64,000 nt of DNA. It comes from an uncultured Acidobacteriota bacterium. GTDB taxonomy: Bacteria; Acidobacteriota; Vicinamibacteria; Vicinamibacterales; CAVVIG01. The DNA is taken from the NCBI GenBank assembly GCA_963718825.1, contig CAVQZZ010000002.1:2850348-2914347 (forward strand). The letters are read 5' to 3'. This document shows, piece by piece, positions 1 through 11,180 of the stretch (position 1 is the stretch's first letter; every line of letters begins with the position of its first letter). The notes below the pieces were generated by a model, which searched no databases, was not told the origin of the DNA, and worked only from the letters and a program-made list of their open reading frames with translations. The position numbers and the translations under genes were made by a program.

Positions 1-453
1 ATGAAGGCAACTCAGAAGGTCGGCGCGGAGCAAGGCCGAAGCCGATATAACGAACTGAAGCAGATGCTCGACGGGCGTCGGCGCGAAATGCAGGCCGAAG
101 TGCAGGGCAAGATGCGCGGCGTCCGGGAGGAAGGCGCCTGGGGCGGCAAGCTGAACGAGGTGCTCGACGCGGTCGAGAGCTCGGAGGCGGACATCCAGGA
201 GGATATCGAATTCGCCCTCATCCAGATGAAGTCCGAGACGCTCAACAAGATCAACGATGCGCTTGTGCGTCTCGAGCAGGGCGACTACGGCAACTGCTTC
301 GACTGCGGCGAGGAAATCGCCGAGAAGCGTCTGCGCGCGCTGCCCTTCGCCGTCCGTTGCAAGGATTGCGAAGAGGCGCGCGAAAACGCCGAGCAGCGCG
401 AGCGCCAGCTGACGCAGCGCCGTGGCGCCTCGTCGCTCTTCTTGGACATGTAA
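1..453 (+). CDS. TraR/DksA family C4 zinc-finger protein
   Basis: Coiled-coil N-terminus, then INDALVRLEQGDYGNCFDCGEEIAEKRLRALPFAVRCKDC (CxxC...CxxC). Confidence 0.9.
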   Translation: MKATQKVGAEQGRSRYNELKQMLDGRRREMQAEVQGKMRGVREEGAWGGKLNEVLDAVESSEADIQEDIEFALIQMKSETLNKINDALVRLEQGDYGNCFDCGEEIAEKRLRALPFAVRCKDCEEARENAEQRERQLTQRRGASSLFLDM

Positions 454-476
454 GAATCTGGCGACCCTGAGCGAGT

Positions 477-507
477 GGGGCTTCGCCGGTGGCGGAGCCC
501 CTTCTCT
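477..507 (+). terminator. GC-rich hairpin after the DksA-like gene (terminator or REP-like)
   Basis: GGGGCTTCGCC-GGT-GGCGGAGCCCC followed by TTCTCT. Confidence 0.5.
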
Positions 508-601
508 CCCCACCTGCGTTCCCCACAATCTCATCGCTGACGCATATCGCATGACGTAGTGCCTGACGACAGTCGGGCGCTACCCATAGAAAAGAGTCCG
601 C

Positions 602-3135
602 ATGAACGATCAACTCGAGAACGTCCAGGAAGACGACGTCTCGACGGTCGATCGGCCGCTCACGCTGCCCGCCGAGCTGCCTATCCTGCCGCTCCGGGAT
701 ACCGTCCTTTTTCCGAACTCCTTCATGCCGCTCGCGGTTGCGCGGGAGAGCTCGGTCCGTCTCATCGACGACGCGATTGCGAACGGAAAGCTGATTGCCG
801 TCTTCACGCAACGCGACGCCGGCGGTGGAGGAGCCCGGACAGGACGACCTGTACACGGTCGGCACCGCGACGCACATCCACAAGATGTTCAAGCTGCCGG
901 ACGGCAGCCTGCGGCTGATCGTCCAGGGGCTCGCTCGCCTCTCGCTCGACACGTGGTGGCTACGCAGCCGTATCTGCGCGCGCGGGTCGACGCGGCGGTC
1001 GAGGGCACGCAGGACGCCGATCGGCTCGAAATTGACGCGCTGGCGCGCAACATCAAGACGAACTTTCAGCAGGTCGTGTCGCTCTCGCCTTTGCTCGCCG
1101 ACGACCTGCAGACGCTTGCGACCAACATCACCGAGCCCGGGCGGCTCGCGGACTTCATCGCCTCGTCGCTCTCGACGATCAGCACGGCCGTGAAGCAGGA
1201 AGTGCTCGAGACGCTCGACATCCGCGCGCGCATGGACAACCTGAACCGGATCCTGATCAAGGAGCTCGAGGTGCTCGAGCTCGGATCGAAGATCCAGTCG
1301 CAGGTGCAATCGGAAGTCGGCAAGAACCAGCGCGAGTACTTCCTGCGCGAGCAGATGAAAGCGATTCAGAAGGAGCTCGGCGAGGGCGACGATCAGACCA
1401 AAGAGATCGAGGAGCTCCACGACAAGATCGAAGCGGTCGGCATGCCGGAGCCGGTGAAGAAAGAAGCGCTCCGCGAACTTGGATCGCCTGTCGAAGATGC
1501 CGGTCGCGGCAGCCGAATACACGGTCTCGCGAACGTATCTCGACTGGCTGGTCGCGCTGCCCTGGGCGAAGCGGACCGACGAAGTCATCGATCTGCCGAA
1601 GACGAAAAGCGTCCTCGACGCCGATCATTCAGGTCTCGAGAAGGCGAAGGACCGCATCCTCGAGTACCTCGCGGTCCGGAAGCTGAACCCAGAGGTCAAA
1701 GGGCCGATTCTCTGCTTCGTCGGCCCTCCGGGCGTCGGCAAGACATCGCTCGCGCGGTCGATCGCGCAGTCGCTCGGCCGGAAATTCGTGCGCGTCTCCC
1801 TCGGCGGCATGCGCGACGAGGCGGAAATCCGCGGGCATCGCCGCACCTACATCGGTGCGCTGCCCGGGCAGATTATTCAAGGGCTTCGTCGAGCGGAATC
1901 GAAGAACCCGGTCTTCATCCTGGACGAGATCGACAAGCTCGGGTCCGACTTTCGCGGCGATCCCTCGTCGGCGCTCCTCGAGGTGCTCGATCCGGAACAG
2001 AACAACACGTTCCGCGATCATTACCTCGACGTGCCGTTCGACCTGTCGGAAGTGCTCTTCATCACGACCGCCAACGTTCTCGATCCGGTCCCGCCGCCGC
2101 TGCGCGACCGGATGGAAGTGCTCGAGATCGCCGGCTACACCGAAGAAGAGAAGCTGCAGATCGCGCTCGATCATCTTGTCGACAAGCAGGTGAAGAACCA
2201 CGGCCTGACGCCGGAGTATCTCCGGTTCACGCCGGAGGCGCTCCGGCAGGTCATCCGCGGGTACACGCGCGAGGCGGGCGTCCGAAACCTCGAGCGCGAA
2301 ATCGGCGCGCTCTGCCGGAAGGTGGCGCGTCGGCGCGCCGAAGGCAACGAGACGCCGATCGAGATCACGCCCGACGTCGTCGATCGAGATGCTCGGCGCG
2401 CCGCGATTCCTCGATGAGGAGATGGAGGAGCGAACGAAGGATCCGGGCGTCGCGATCGGCCTGGCGTGGACGCCTGCCGGTGGCGAAGTGCTGTTCATCG
2501 AAGCGTCGCGCATGGCGGGCACGGGGTCGCTGACGCTGACCGGTCAGCTCGGCGACGTGATGAAGGAATCGGCGCGCGCCGCGCTGTCGTGGCTGCGCGC
2601 GCACGCCAAGGAGTACGGCATCGATCCGGACTTCTTCAAGAGCGCCGAAATGCACGTCCACGTCCCGTCCGGCGCGATTCCGAAGGACGGTCCGTCGGCC
2701 GGCGTCACGATGGCGACGGCGATGGCCTCCGAGCTGACGGGCCGCCCCGTCCGCGGCGACGTCGCGATGACGGGCGAAATCACGCTCTCCGGTCGCGTGC
2801 TGCCGGTCGGCGGCATCAAGGAAAAGGTGCTCGCGGCGCGGCGCGTCGGAATCCACGAAGTGATCGTGCCGAAGCAGAACGGCAAGAACATCAACGAGGA
2901 TCTCACGCCGGAGCTGCGCCAGGACCTCACGGTGCACCTCGTGTCGACCATCGACGAAGTCCTCGCGCTGGCGCTTCAGCCGATGTCGACGGACATGAGA
3001 CCGGAGGAAGGCAAAAGGCAAAAGGAAGAAGGAAAAAGTGAAGGCGGAAGTAAGGAAAGTAAGGAAGGTAAGGAAAGTAAGGAAAGCAAGGGTGAGCGGA
3101 AGAGCGGTCGGAGTTCAGTGCCGCCGCCGGCCTGA
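602..3135 (+). CDS. lon: ATP-dependent protease La (split by about 4 indels)
   Basis: [14 protein letters not shown]-domain; Walker [10 protein letters not shown]; Walker B FILDEIDK; protease PKDGPSAG and VGGIKEK, spread across ORFs 602, 795, 1479 and 2389. Confidence 0.95.
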
Positions 3136-3184
3136 CACGGCCGGTTGAACACTCTTTTCCCTTTTCCCTTCCCTTTTGCCTTTG
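3006..3184. repeat. Inverted short-unit tandem repeats over the lon 3' end and HDAC start
   Basis: GAAGGCA-AAAGGCA-AAAGGAA-GAAGGAA and (AAGGAARGT)x4, mirrored downstream by CTTTTCC-CTTTTCC-CTTCC-CTTTTGC-CTTTG. Confidence 0.75.
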
Positions 3185-4171
3185 AGAATCGTCTACTCGC
3201 CTCGCTATCACATCGACATCGGGCTCCACGTCTTTCCGACGGCGAAATACCAGAAAGTCCACGCGCGGCTGATCGAATCGCGCGTCGTCGCTCCCGCGGA
3301 CATCGTTGAACCCGATCCGGCCGATTGGGACGAGCTCGCGCTCGTGCACACCGGCGAGTATCTCGACAAGATGCGCGCGGGCAGCCTCACCGACGAAGAA
3401 ATCGGCATCCTCCAGTTGCCATGGTCGTTCGCGATCGTCGAAGGATTTCGGTTGATGGTCGGCGGGACAATCGAGGCCGCGCGAATTGCCGCGTCGCCCG
3501 GCGATTCAACATTCAAGGTCGTTTGTCATCTGGGCGGCGGGTTCCACCACGCGTTCCCGAATCACGGAGAAGGGTTCTGCGTGTTCAACGACGTCGCGGT
3601 CGCCATCCGGGTGCTGCAGCGCCTCGGCATCGCACGTATGGCGGTTGTCGATCTCGACGTCCATCACGGCAACGGGACGGCGTTCATATTCAATCCGCGT
3701 GGGACTTCACCCTCACGCGACGGAGACCGGCTCCTCGAACGCAGACTCTCGTCGCCGGCCAGGGATCTAACGTCAACCGAGGAAGACAACGCAGGCGTGT
3801 TCACGTTCTCGATGCATCAGCAGCACAACTATCCCGCCTGGAAGCCGCGCGGCTCGCTCGACATCGGCCTGCCCGACGGCGCCGGCGACGCGACGTACCT
3901 CGGCCATCTCGAGCGTGCGCTGCCGAAGGTTGTAGACCACGCGCCGCAGTGTGTGTTCTACCTGGCGGGCGCCGATCCGTACCATGACGATCAGCTCGGA
4001 GGACTGCGCCTCACGAAGGACGGCCTTCGTCAGCGCGACCGCCTGGTCATGCAGGCCGCGAAGTCCGCCGGCGTGCCGCTCGTCGTGACGCTTGCCGGCG
4101 GATATGCGCGCGACGTCGACGATACGGTGGCGATCCACTGCGCGACGATCGAAGAAGCGGCGCAGCTATAA
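3176..4171 (+). CDS. Histone deacetylase family (Zn-dependent amidohydrolase)
   Basis: GGGFHHA, GFCVFND, DLDVHHGNGT, AGADPY and GGY motifs. Confidence 0.93.
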   Translation: MPLRIVYSPRYHIDIGLHVFPTAKYQKVHARLIESRVVAPADIVEPDPADWDELALVHTGEYLDKMRAGSLTDEEIGILQLPWSFAIVEGFRLMVGGTIEAARIAASPGDSTFKVVCHLGGGFHHAFPNHGEGFCVFNDVAVAIRVLQRLGIARMAVVDLDVHHGNGTAFIFNPRGTSPSRDGDRLLERRLSSPARDLTSTEEDNAGVFTFSMHQQHNYPAWKPRGSLDIGLPDGAGDATYLGHLERALPKVVDHAPQCVFYLAGADPYHDDQLGGLRLTKDGLRQRDRLVMQAAKSAGVPLVVTLAGGYARDVDDTVAIHCATIEEAAQL

Positions 4172-4669
4172 CAGCGTCAGCCCGTAGGCGGTCTTCAGGT
4201 CGACGATGTCTCCGCGCGCGACGAGCGTCTTCGCGTCGGCGATCGTGACGGGTTCCGCCCGGATGTCCTCGTCCTCGTCCGGCTTGTGCGTGGACTCCGG
4301 GGAAGGCGGCACGAGGCCGGACACGCGAAAGAAAATCAGCTCTTCATCGCAGAAACCCGGCGCCGGGTAGAAGCCGCCGAGGCGCTCGATCCGCGTCGGC
4401 ACGAGGGCGATCTCCTCCTCGCATTCGCGTGCCGCGGCGTCTTCGGCCGATTCGTCGGCATTGACGCTGCCGGCCGGCAGCTCCCACAACTCACGTCCGA
4501 CCGTCGCGCGGAACTGTCGAATCAAAATCACCCGCCCATCGTCCTGGATCGGTAGAAGAACGATCGACGGCGGGTGGCGGACCGCTTCGACGCGCCGATC
4601 GCGCCCGTCCGGAAACCGGACGTCTGAAACCTCGACGCTGAACACGCGGCCTTTGAAGACGATTGGCAT
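4166..4669 (-). CDS. NUDIX hydrolase (ADP-ribose pyrophosphatase-like)
   Basis: ELPAGSVNADESAEDAAARECEEEI Nudix box; IRQFR; DLKT C-terminus. Confidence 0.9.
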   Translation of the reverse strand: MPIVFKGRVFSVEVSDVRFPDGRDRRVEAVRHPPSIVLLPIQDDGRVILIRQFRATVGRELWELPAGSVNADESAEDAAARECEEEIALVPTRIERLGGFYPAPGFCDEELIFFRVSGLVPPSPESTHKPDEDEDIRAEPVTIADAKTLVARGDIVDLKTAYGLTLL

Positions 4670-4696
4670 AAGTGCTCTTTCCAGGCGGCGCAATCG

Positions 4697-5641
4697 TCAC
4701 GCCGGCTCGCGCGCGCGCAACTCGTCGAGGACGCTCTGCAGATCCGGCGGCAGCTCACTCGTGAACTCCATGCGCCGGCCTTCGGTCGGATGAGTGAAGA
4801 CCAGCCGCGCGGCATGGAGGAACGGTCGGTCCAGGTGCTTCACCGCCTTCAGATCGCCCGGAACATGACGATGGACGCCGCCGTACAGCGGATCGCCGAC
4901 GACCGGATGGCCGATGGCGCTGAGGTGCACGCGGATCTGGTGCGTGCGTCCCGTGTGGATCGCGACTCGGGCCAGCGTCAGGGTGCGGCCGAAATGCTCG
5001 GCGCGAACGATGCGCGTGACCGCTTCGCGGCTGCGCCGCGCCTTCGCGGACATCTTCTTTCGATTGACGGGGTCGCGCCCAATCGGCGCGTCGATCCGGC
5101 GGCCCGCCATCACTTCGCCCCAGACGAGCGCGGCGTATTCCTTCTCCACTTCGCGATCGTGAAACTGCCGCGCGAGCTCTTCGTGCGCTGCGTCGTGCTT
5201 TGCGATGACCATGAGGCCGGACGTGCCGCGGTCCAGCCGGTGCACGATCCCCGGCCGCTTTTCGCCGCCGATACCGCTCAAGTCATCCACGTGATGCAGC
5301 AGTGCATTCACGAGCGTGCCGCCTTCATGACCTGCCGCAGGGTGGACCACCATGCCAGCCGGCTTGTCGACGACGACGAGATCTTTGTCCTGATAGAGAA
5401 TCGGGAGCGGCAGCGCCTCGGGCTGCGGCACCGGCGCGGTGGGCTCCGGCTCGTCGATTGAGACGGCCTGCCCGAGCTTTACCGCCTGGTTCGGCTTCGC
5501 GGCGCGGCCCGCGACGAGCACGTGCCCCTCTTTGATCAGCCGCTGGATCTGCGAGCGCGATCGATCGCCGAGCACCGAAGCGAGAAATCGGTCGAGGCGA
5601 ATCCCTTCGCTGTCGTCGCCGACGTCGATGGTCCGTATCAC
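4697..5641 (-). CDS. rluD: RluA-family 23S rRNA pseudouridine synthase with S4 domain
   Basis: RLDRFLA...SRSQIQRLI S4 domain; VDKPAGMVVHP; HRLDRGTSG; TGRTHQIRVH; GDPLY. GTG start overlaps the lgt stop. Confidence 0.88.
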   Translation of the reverse strand: MIRTIDVGDDSEGIRLDRFLASVLGDRSRSQIQRLIKEGHVLVAGRAAKPNQAVKLGQAVSIDEPEPTAPVPQPEALPLPILYQDKDLVVVDKPAGMVVHPAAGHEGGTLVNALLHHVDDLSGIGGEKRPGIVHRLDRGTSGLMVIAKHDAAHEELARQFHDREVEKEYAALVWGEVMAGRRIDAPIGRDPVNRKKMSAKARRSREAVTRIVRAEHFGRTLTLARVAIHTGRTHQIRVHLSAIGHPVVGDPLYGGVHRHVPGDLKAVKHLDRPFLHAARLVFTHPTEGRRMEFTSELPPDLQSVLDELRAREPA

Positions 5642-6438
5642 GCGGCCTTGCGCGAACGCTTGGGCGCCGGCGCCACGGTGCGGCTGAGATAGACGAGCAT
5701 CGCGATCGCCAGCGGAACCAGCAGCAGCGAAATGAACTGCGAGGTCGAGAAGATGCCGACGTTGCCGCGTTCGTCGCCGCGGAAGAACTCGATGATGAAG
5801 CGGGATACCGCGTAGAGCAGCATGTACAGCCAGAACGTCCGGCCCGCGAATGGCTTTCCCTTCCGCTCGGTCCACAGCAGAACCAGCAGGATGATCAGCT
5901 CGGCGCCTGCCTCGTACAGTTGCGTCGGATGCAGCGGCACGCCGAGCGGCGTCCCGACATTGGCCGCGGCGAACGGATCGGTGAACGTGATCCCCCACGG
6001 TCTGGTCGTCGGCTTGCCGAAGCAGCAGCCCGCGAAGAGGCAGCCGAAGCGGCCGACCACATGCCCGAGCGCAATCCCCGGCGCGAACACATCGCACGTC
6101 GTCCATAGCGGCAGACCAATCTTGCGGATGTACCACAGCGCGACGACGACCGCGAGAATCAGCCCGCCGTAGAACACGCCACCCGAGCGCGCCAGCGTGA
6201 GCAGTTCTTTGGGATCGCTGGTGAACGTGTGGAAATCGGTGACGAGCAGGAGCAGCTTCGCGCCCACCAGCGCGCTGATGATGATGTAGATGCCCAGATC
6301 GAGCACTCGCGCATCGTCGAGCCCGCGCGCCTTCGCGCGCACCATCGCGAGCTTCAGGCCGAGCAAATACGCGGCGGCCAGCAGCACGCCGTACGTGTAG
6401 ACCGTCATCGGTCCGAGCTCAAACAGTCTTGGATACAT
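5638..6438 (-). CDS. lgt: Prolipoprotein diacylglyceryl transferase
   Basis: GGVFYGG, GRFGCLFAGCCFG, HPTQLYE and RFIIEFFR motifs; multiple TM segments. Confidence 0.95.
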   Translation of the reverse strand: MYPRLFELGPMTVYTYGVLLAAAYLLGLKLAMVRAKARGLDDARVLDLGIYIIISALVGAKLLLLVTDFHTFTSDPKELLTLARSGGVFYGGLILAVVVALWYIRKIGLPLWTTCDVFAPGIALGHVVGRFGCLFAGCCFGKPTTRPWGITFTDPFAAANVGTPLGVPLHPTQLYEAGAELIILLVLLWTERKGKPFAGRTFWLYMLLYAVSRFIIEFFRGDERGNVGIFSTSQFISLLLVPLAIAMLVYLSRTVAPAPKRSRKAA

Positions 6439-6964
6439 GCGTTTCCACTCCGAGCATGTCGAGAATCATGATGCCGACGCCGACGGTGATTGCGGAATCG
6501 GCCACGTTGAACGCCCAGAAGTGGTAGGTCCGCCAGTACACATCCACGAAATCGACGACCGAGCCGGCAATGACGCGGTCGAGCAGGTTGCCGGCGGCGC
6601 CGCCGATGATCAGCGCCAGCCCGATGCGAGCGACGAGCTGATGATGGGCGAGGCTGGCCGCGTACATCCCCACGCCAATCAGCGCCGCGGTCGCGACCAC
6701 GGCGATCACCACCGTCTTGAACGGGAAATCGGCGCCGTTCAGGATGCCGAAGGCCGCGCCCGTATTTCGCACATGCGTGAAGTCGACGAGACCGGGCAAG
6801 AGCGTGACGCTCGAGTGGAGCGGCAATGTCGCGCGCACGATGGCCTTCGTCAGCTGATCGACGGCCACGATGAGAATCGGCAGCCAGATTTCGAGCCGCC
6901 GGGGCGGCGCAGCCGCCGGTTGCACGTATTCGCCGGGAGCCGCCGTTTCGTCAGACGCGCTCAT
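6419..6964 (-). CDS. lspA: Lipoprotein signal peptidase II
   Basis: DQLTK, NTGAAFG, GNLLDR, VVDF and FNVADSAI motifs; follows ileS. Confidence 0.95.
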   Translation of the reverse strand: MSASDETAAPGEYVQPAAAPPRRLEIWLPILIVAVDQLTKAIVRATLPLHSSVTLLPGLVDFTHVRNTGAAFGILNGADFPFKTVVIAVVATAALIGVGMYAASLAHHQLVARIGLALIIGGAAGNLLDRVIAGSVVDFVDVYWRTYHFWAFNVADSAITVGVGIMILDMLGVETHVSKTV

Positions 6965-9841
6965 GACCTCACGCTCGACGGCAGACTCTCGCGCTCGGAC
7001 GCCGCCGCGAGCGCGTGCCGGCACCGGTCGCACAACCCTGCCCATTCGGGCGCCGTCGCGACCTCAGGCACGTAGCGCCAGCAGCGCTCGCACTTCACGC
7101 CGGCGGCGCGCTCGATGGTCACGTGCGGCATCAGTTCGCCGTGCGCTTCGACGTCGGACGGTGCCGGCCGCAATTCCACCTCCGACACGATGAACAGCAT
7201 CGGCAGCACCGCCGCGTGCGCCTCCAGAAACGCGAGGTCGGCCTTCGACGCCGACAGGACCACTTTCGCCTGGAGCGAGCTGCCGATTTTCTTCTCTTTG
7301 CGAAGCGGCTCGATGGCGGCGAGGACGCGGTCGCGGATCGCGATCAGCCGGGTCCACCGCTCCGACGAGCGCGGCGTCGACGAACGCCGCCAGATCGGGA
7401 CCAGCGGGAAAAATCGCCATGTGGACGGACTCGTCCCTCGCGCCCGGCAGGTGCCGCCACAGTTCGTCGGCCGTGAACGTGAGAATCGGCGCAACGAGGC
7501 GAGCGAGACCGTCGACGATGATGTACATCGCCGTCTGCGCGGCGCGGCGCTCGCGTGATCTGGCGGCGAACGTGTACACGCGATCCTTCGTGACGTCCAC
7601 ATAGAAGGCGCTCAGGTCGACGGTCGCGAACGCGTTCAGCAGCTGAAAGATGGTCGGGTAATCGTAATCCGTGTAACCCTGCCCGACCTTCACAGCGAGA
7701 TCGGCGTACTTCGCGAGAATGTAGCGGTCGACTTCCTCGAGATGCGCCGCGTCGACCAGATCGACCGCCGGATCGAAATCGTACAGATTGGCCGCCAGAA
7801 TCCGCAGCGTGTTGCGGATCTTCCGGTAGGCTTCGACCGCGCGCGCGAGGATCTCCTTGCTGAGGCGGATCTCCTGCGTGTAGTCGCTCATCGACACCCA
7901 CAGCCGGATGATGTCGGCGCCGCTCTGCTTGATGACGTCGAGCGGCTCGATGAAGTTGCCGAGCGACTTCGACATCTTGCGGCCGTCTTCGGCCACGATG
8001 AAGCCGTGCGTCAGCACCTGATTGAACGGCGGGCGGCCTCGCGTGCCGATGCCGACGAGCAGCGAGCTCTGAAACCAGCCGCGGTGCTGGTCGCTGCCCT
8101 CGAGATAGATGTCGGCCGGCCACGTCAGCTCGCGCCGGAACGGCAGCACCGCCTCGTGGCTCGATCCCGAATCGAACCAGACGTCCAGAATGTCGCGCTC
8201 TCGCTCGAACGTCGTCGCCGCCGCATGCGGCGCACGTGAGATCCGTCCGGGATGAATTCTTCAATCGGCCGCTCGTACCATGCATCCGCGCCGTAGGTGT
8301 CGAACACCGACGCCGCGCTGGTCGACAAGCTCGCGTGTGAGCAGAGCCGTTCCGCATTTCGTGCAGTCGACGGCCGGAATCGGCACGCCCCACGCGCGCT
8401 GGCGCGAGATGCACCAGTCGGGTCGGTGCGCCACCATGTTGTACATGCGGTCGTGCCCCCAGGCCGGGATCCATTTCACGTCGTGGTCGATCGCGTCGAG
8501 CGCGGTGGCGCGCAGTGTGCGAGGTTCGATCCGCTGTCAGGCGGACCTCGTCGAGTGCGATGAACCACTGGGTCGTCGCGAGAAAGATCACCGGGTTGTG
8601 GCAGCGCCAGCAGTGCGGGTACTGATGGGAGAAGGCCTGGCGATGCCAGAGCCGGCCGCGCTCCTTCAGCGCCTCTTCGATCTTCGGATTCGCGTCGAAC
8701 ACCCGCATGCCGCCGAAGAGCTCGACCGTATCGAAGAAGTGTCCGGCCGGTCCGATCGGCGCGTAGATGTCCAAGCCCGTACTTCACGCCCGTGTGGAAG
8801 TCGTCGGCGCCGTGGCCGGGCGCGGTATGGACGGCGCCCGTGCCTGCCTCGAGCGTCACGTACTCGCCGAGGACGCCGAGCGAATCGCGCTCGTAGAGCG
8901 GATGGCGGAACCGGATGCCTTCGAGCTCCTCGCCCTTCATCCGCGCGACGGGCCTGTCCAGCGGACGGCCCACGGCGTTGCCGACCGCTTCCGCGAGTCC
9001 TTCGGCGACGATCACCACCGCGTTCGCGCTGCCGTCCACGTCATATGCGGCGTAATCGAACTCCGGATGAAACGCGACCGCCAGGTTCGACGGAATCGTC
9101 CACGGCGTTGTCGTCCAGATGAGCACCGAGACGTGCTTGCCGGCGAGTGCGGGCATGCGCGACGCGAGCTCCGCCGCGCTCGCTGTCGGCGAGCGGAAAC
9201 TCGACGTAGATCGACGGCGACGAGTGATGCTCGTACTCGACTTCGGCTTCGGCCAGCGCCGTGCGGCAGTGGATGCACCAGTGGACCGGCTTCTTGCCCT
9301 TGTAGACCAGCCCCTGCTCGACGAACTTGCCGAGCGCGCGCGCGATCGCCGCCTGGTACCGGAAGTTCATCGTCAGGTACGGCTCGTCCCACGTGCCGAG
9401 GATGCCGAGCCGCTGAAACTGCTGCGGTCATCGTGCCGATGAAGCGCTCCGCGTAGGCGCGGCAGGCGCGGCAGAAATCGGCGACCGACATGTCGCGCTT
9501 CTTCGGCGCCGAGCTCGCGGTCGACCTGCAGCTCGATCGGCAGGCCGTGGCAGTCGTAGCCCGGCGACGTACGGCGCGTCGAACCCGGCCATCGACCGCG
9601 ATTTGACGACGAGATCCTTCAGGATCTTGTTGAGCGCCGTGCCCATGTGGATGTTGCCGTTCGCGTACGGCGGGCCGTCGTGCAGCACGAACTTCGGCGC
9701 GCCCTTGCGGCGCGCGCGAATCTTCCCGTACAGGTCCATGGCGGCCCAGCGCGCGAGCGTCTCGGGCTCGCTCGTCGGCAGGTTCGCCTTCATCGGGAAG
9801 TCGGTGCGCGGCAGGTTGACGGTGTCTTTCCACTCGGGCAT
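6961..9841 (-). CDS. ileS: Isoleucine--tRNA ligase (split by multiple indels)
   Basis: [14 protein letters not shown] (HIGH), [30 protein letters not shown] and a C-terminal CERCW...CDRC zinc finger. Confidence 0.96.
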
Positions 9842-9870
9842 GGGTATCCGCCGATTTTATAATGAATAGG

Positions 9871-11180
9871 ATGAACGACGCGCCGGCGGCCCGCACGAGC
9901 AGACTCTCGACAACGGACTGAAGGTCCTCATCCAGGAGGAGCACACGGCGCCGCTCGCGTCGGTGTGGTGCTGGTACAAGGTCGGATCGAAGGACGAAGC
10001 GCCCGGGCCTGACCGGCGTGTCGCACTGGGTCGAGCACATGAACTTCAAGGGCACGACCAACATCCCGCGCGATCAGGTGAAAGGCATCATCGAGCAGTT
10101 CGGCGGCAGCTGGAACGGCTACACCTGGATCGATCAGACGACGTACCTCGAGACGGCGACGCGCGACGCGCTCGACCGCATGCTGTTCATCGAGTCCGAG
10201 CGGATGGCGAACTGCCTCTACCATCCGGACGACTGCGAGTCGGAGCGCACCGTGATCATCTCGGAGCTGCAGGGCGGCGAGAACGATCCCGATCAGCTGC
10301 TCGATCAGGAGCTGACGGCGACCGCGTTCAAGGCGCATCCCGTACCGGCATCCGACGATCGGCTGGCTGTCCGATCTGCAGACGATGACGCGCGACGATC
10401 TGTACGGCTACTACCGCCGCTACTACGTGCCCAACAACGCGACGCTCGTCATCGTCGGCGACGTGGACACCGACGACGCGCTGCGGCGCGTGGAGCACCA
10501 CTTCGGCGGCATTCGCGCCGGGCGCACGCCGTGCGCGCGTCAGCGACCGTCGAGCCCGAGCAGACGGGCGAGCGGCGCGTGACCATCCGCAAGGAGGGCA
10601 CGACGGCGTACTCGAAGGCGGCGTACCACGCGCCGGCGGTCGACCGACGCGCGGTTCTTTCCGCTGCTGCGTGCTCGACGCCGTGCTGACCGGCGCGAAG
10701 GGCCTGAACCTCTGGTCCAGTTTCCGCGTGCCGCCGCCGCAGCGCAGCGCGCGGCTGTACCGCGCGCTCGTCGAGCGCGGGCTCGCGTCGTCGGTGTCGG
10801 GCTCGCTGCTGCCGACCGAGCAGCCGTTTCTCTACACGGTCTCGGCGACGGCGACGGACGGCGCGCCGCTCGCGACCGTCGAAGACGGCGACTGCTCGGC
10901 GAGCTCGATCGCGTCGCGCGCGACGGCATCACGGACGCGGAGCTCGACGAAAGCCAAGGCGCAGCTGCAAGGCGCGGCTCGTGTTCGACAACGACAGCGT
11001 CACGAACATCGCGCATCAGCTCGGCTACTTCGAGACGATCGCGGCGTCGATCTGTTCACGGCGATGCCCGCGCGGATCGCTGCCGTCACGCTCGAGGAGG
11101 TTGCAGAGGCGGCGCGGCCGATGCTTCAGCCCTCGAACCGCACCATCGGCTGGTTCGAGCCGCGGTACGCGACATCATGC
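9871..11180 (+). CDS. M16 family zinc peptidase, catalytic subunit (split by indels)
   Basis: WYKVGSKDE, SHWVEH (HxxEH), NGYT, ERTVIISE and YYVPNNA motifs. Confidence 0.88.
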
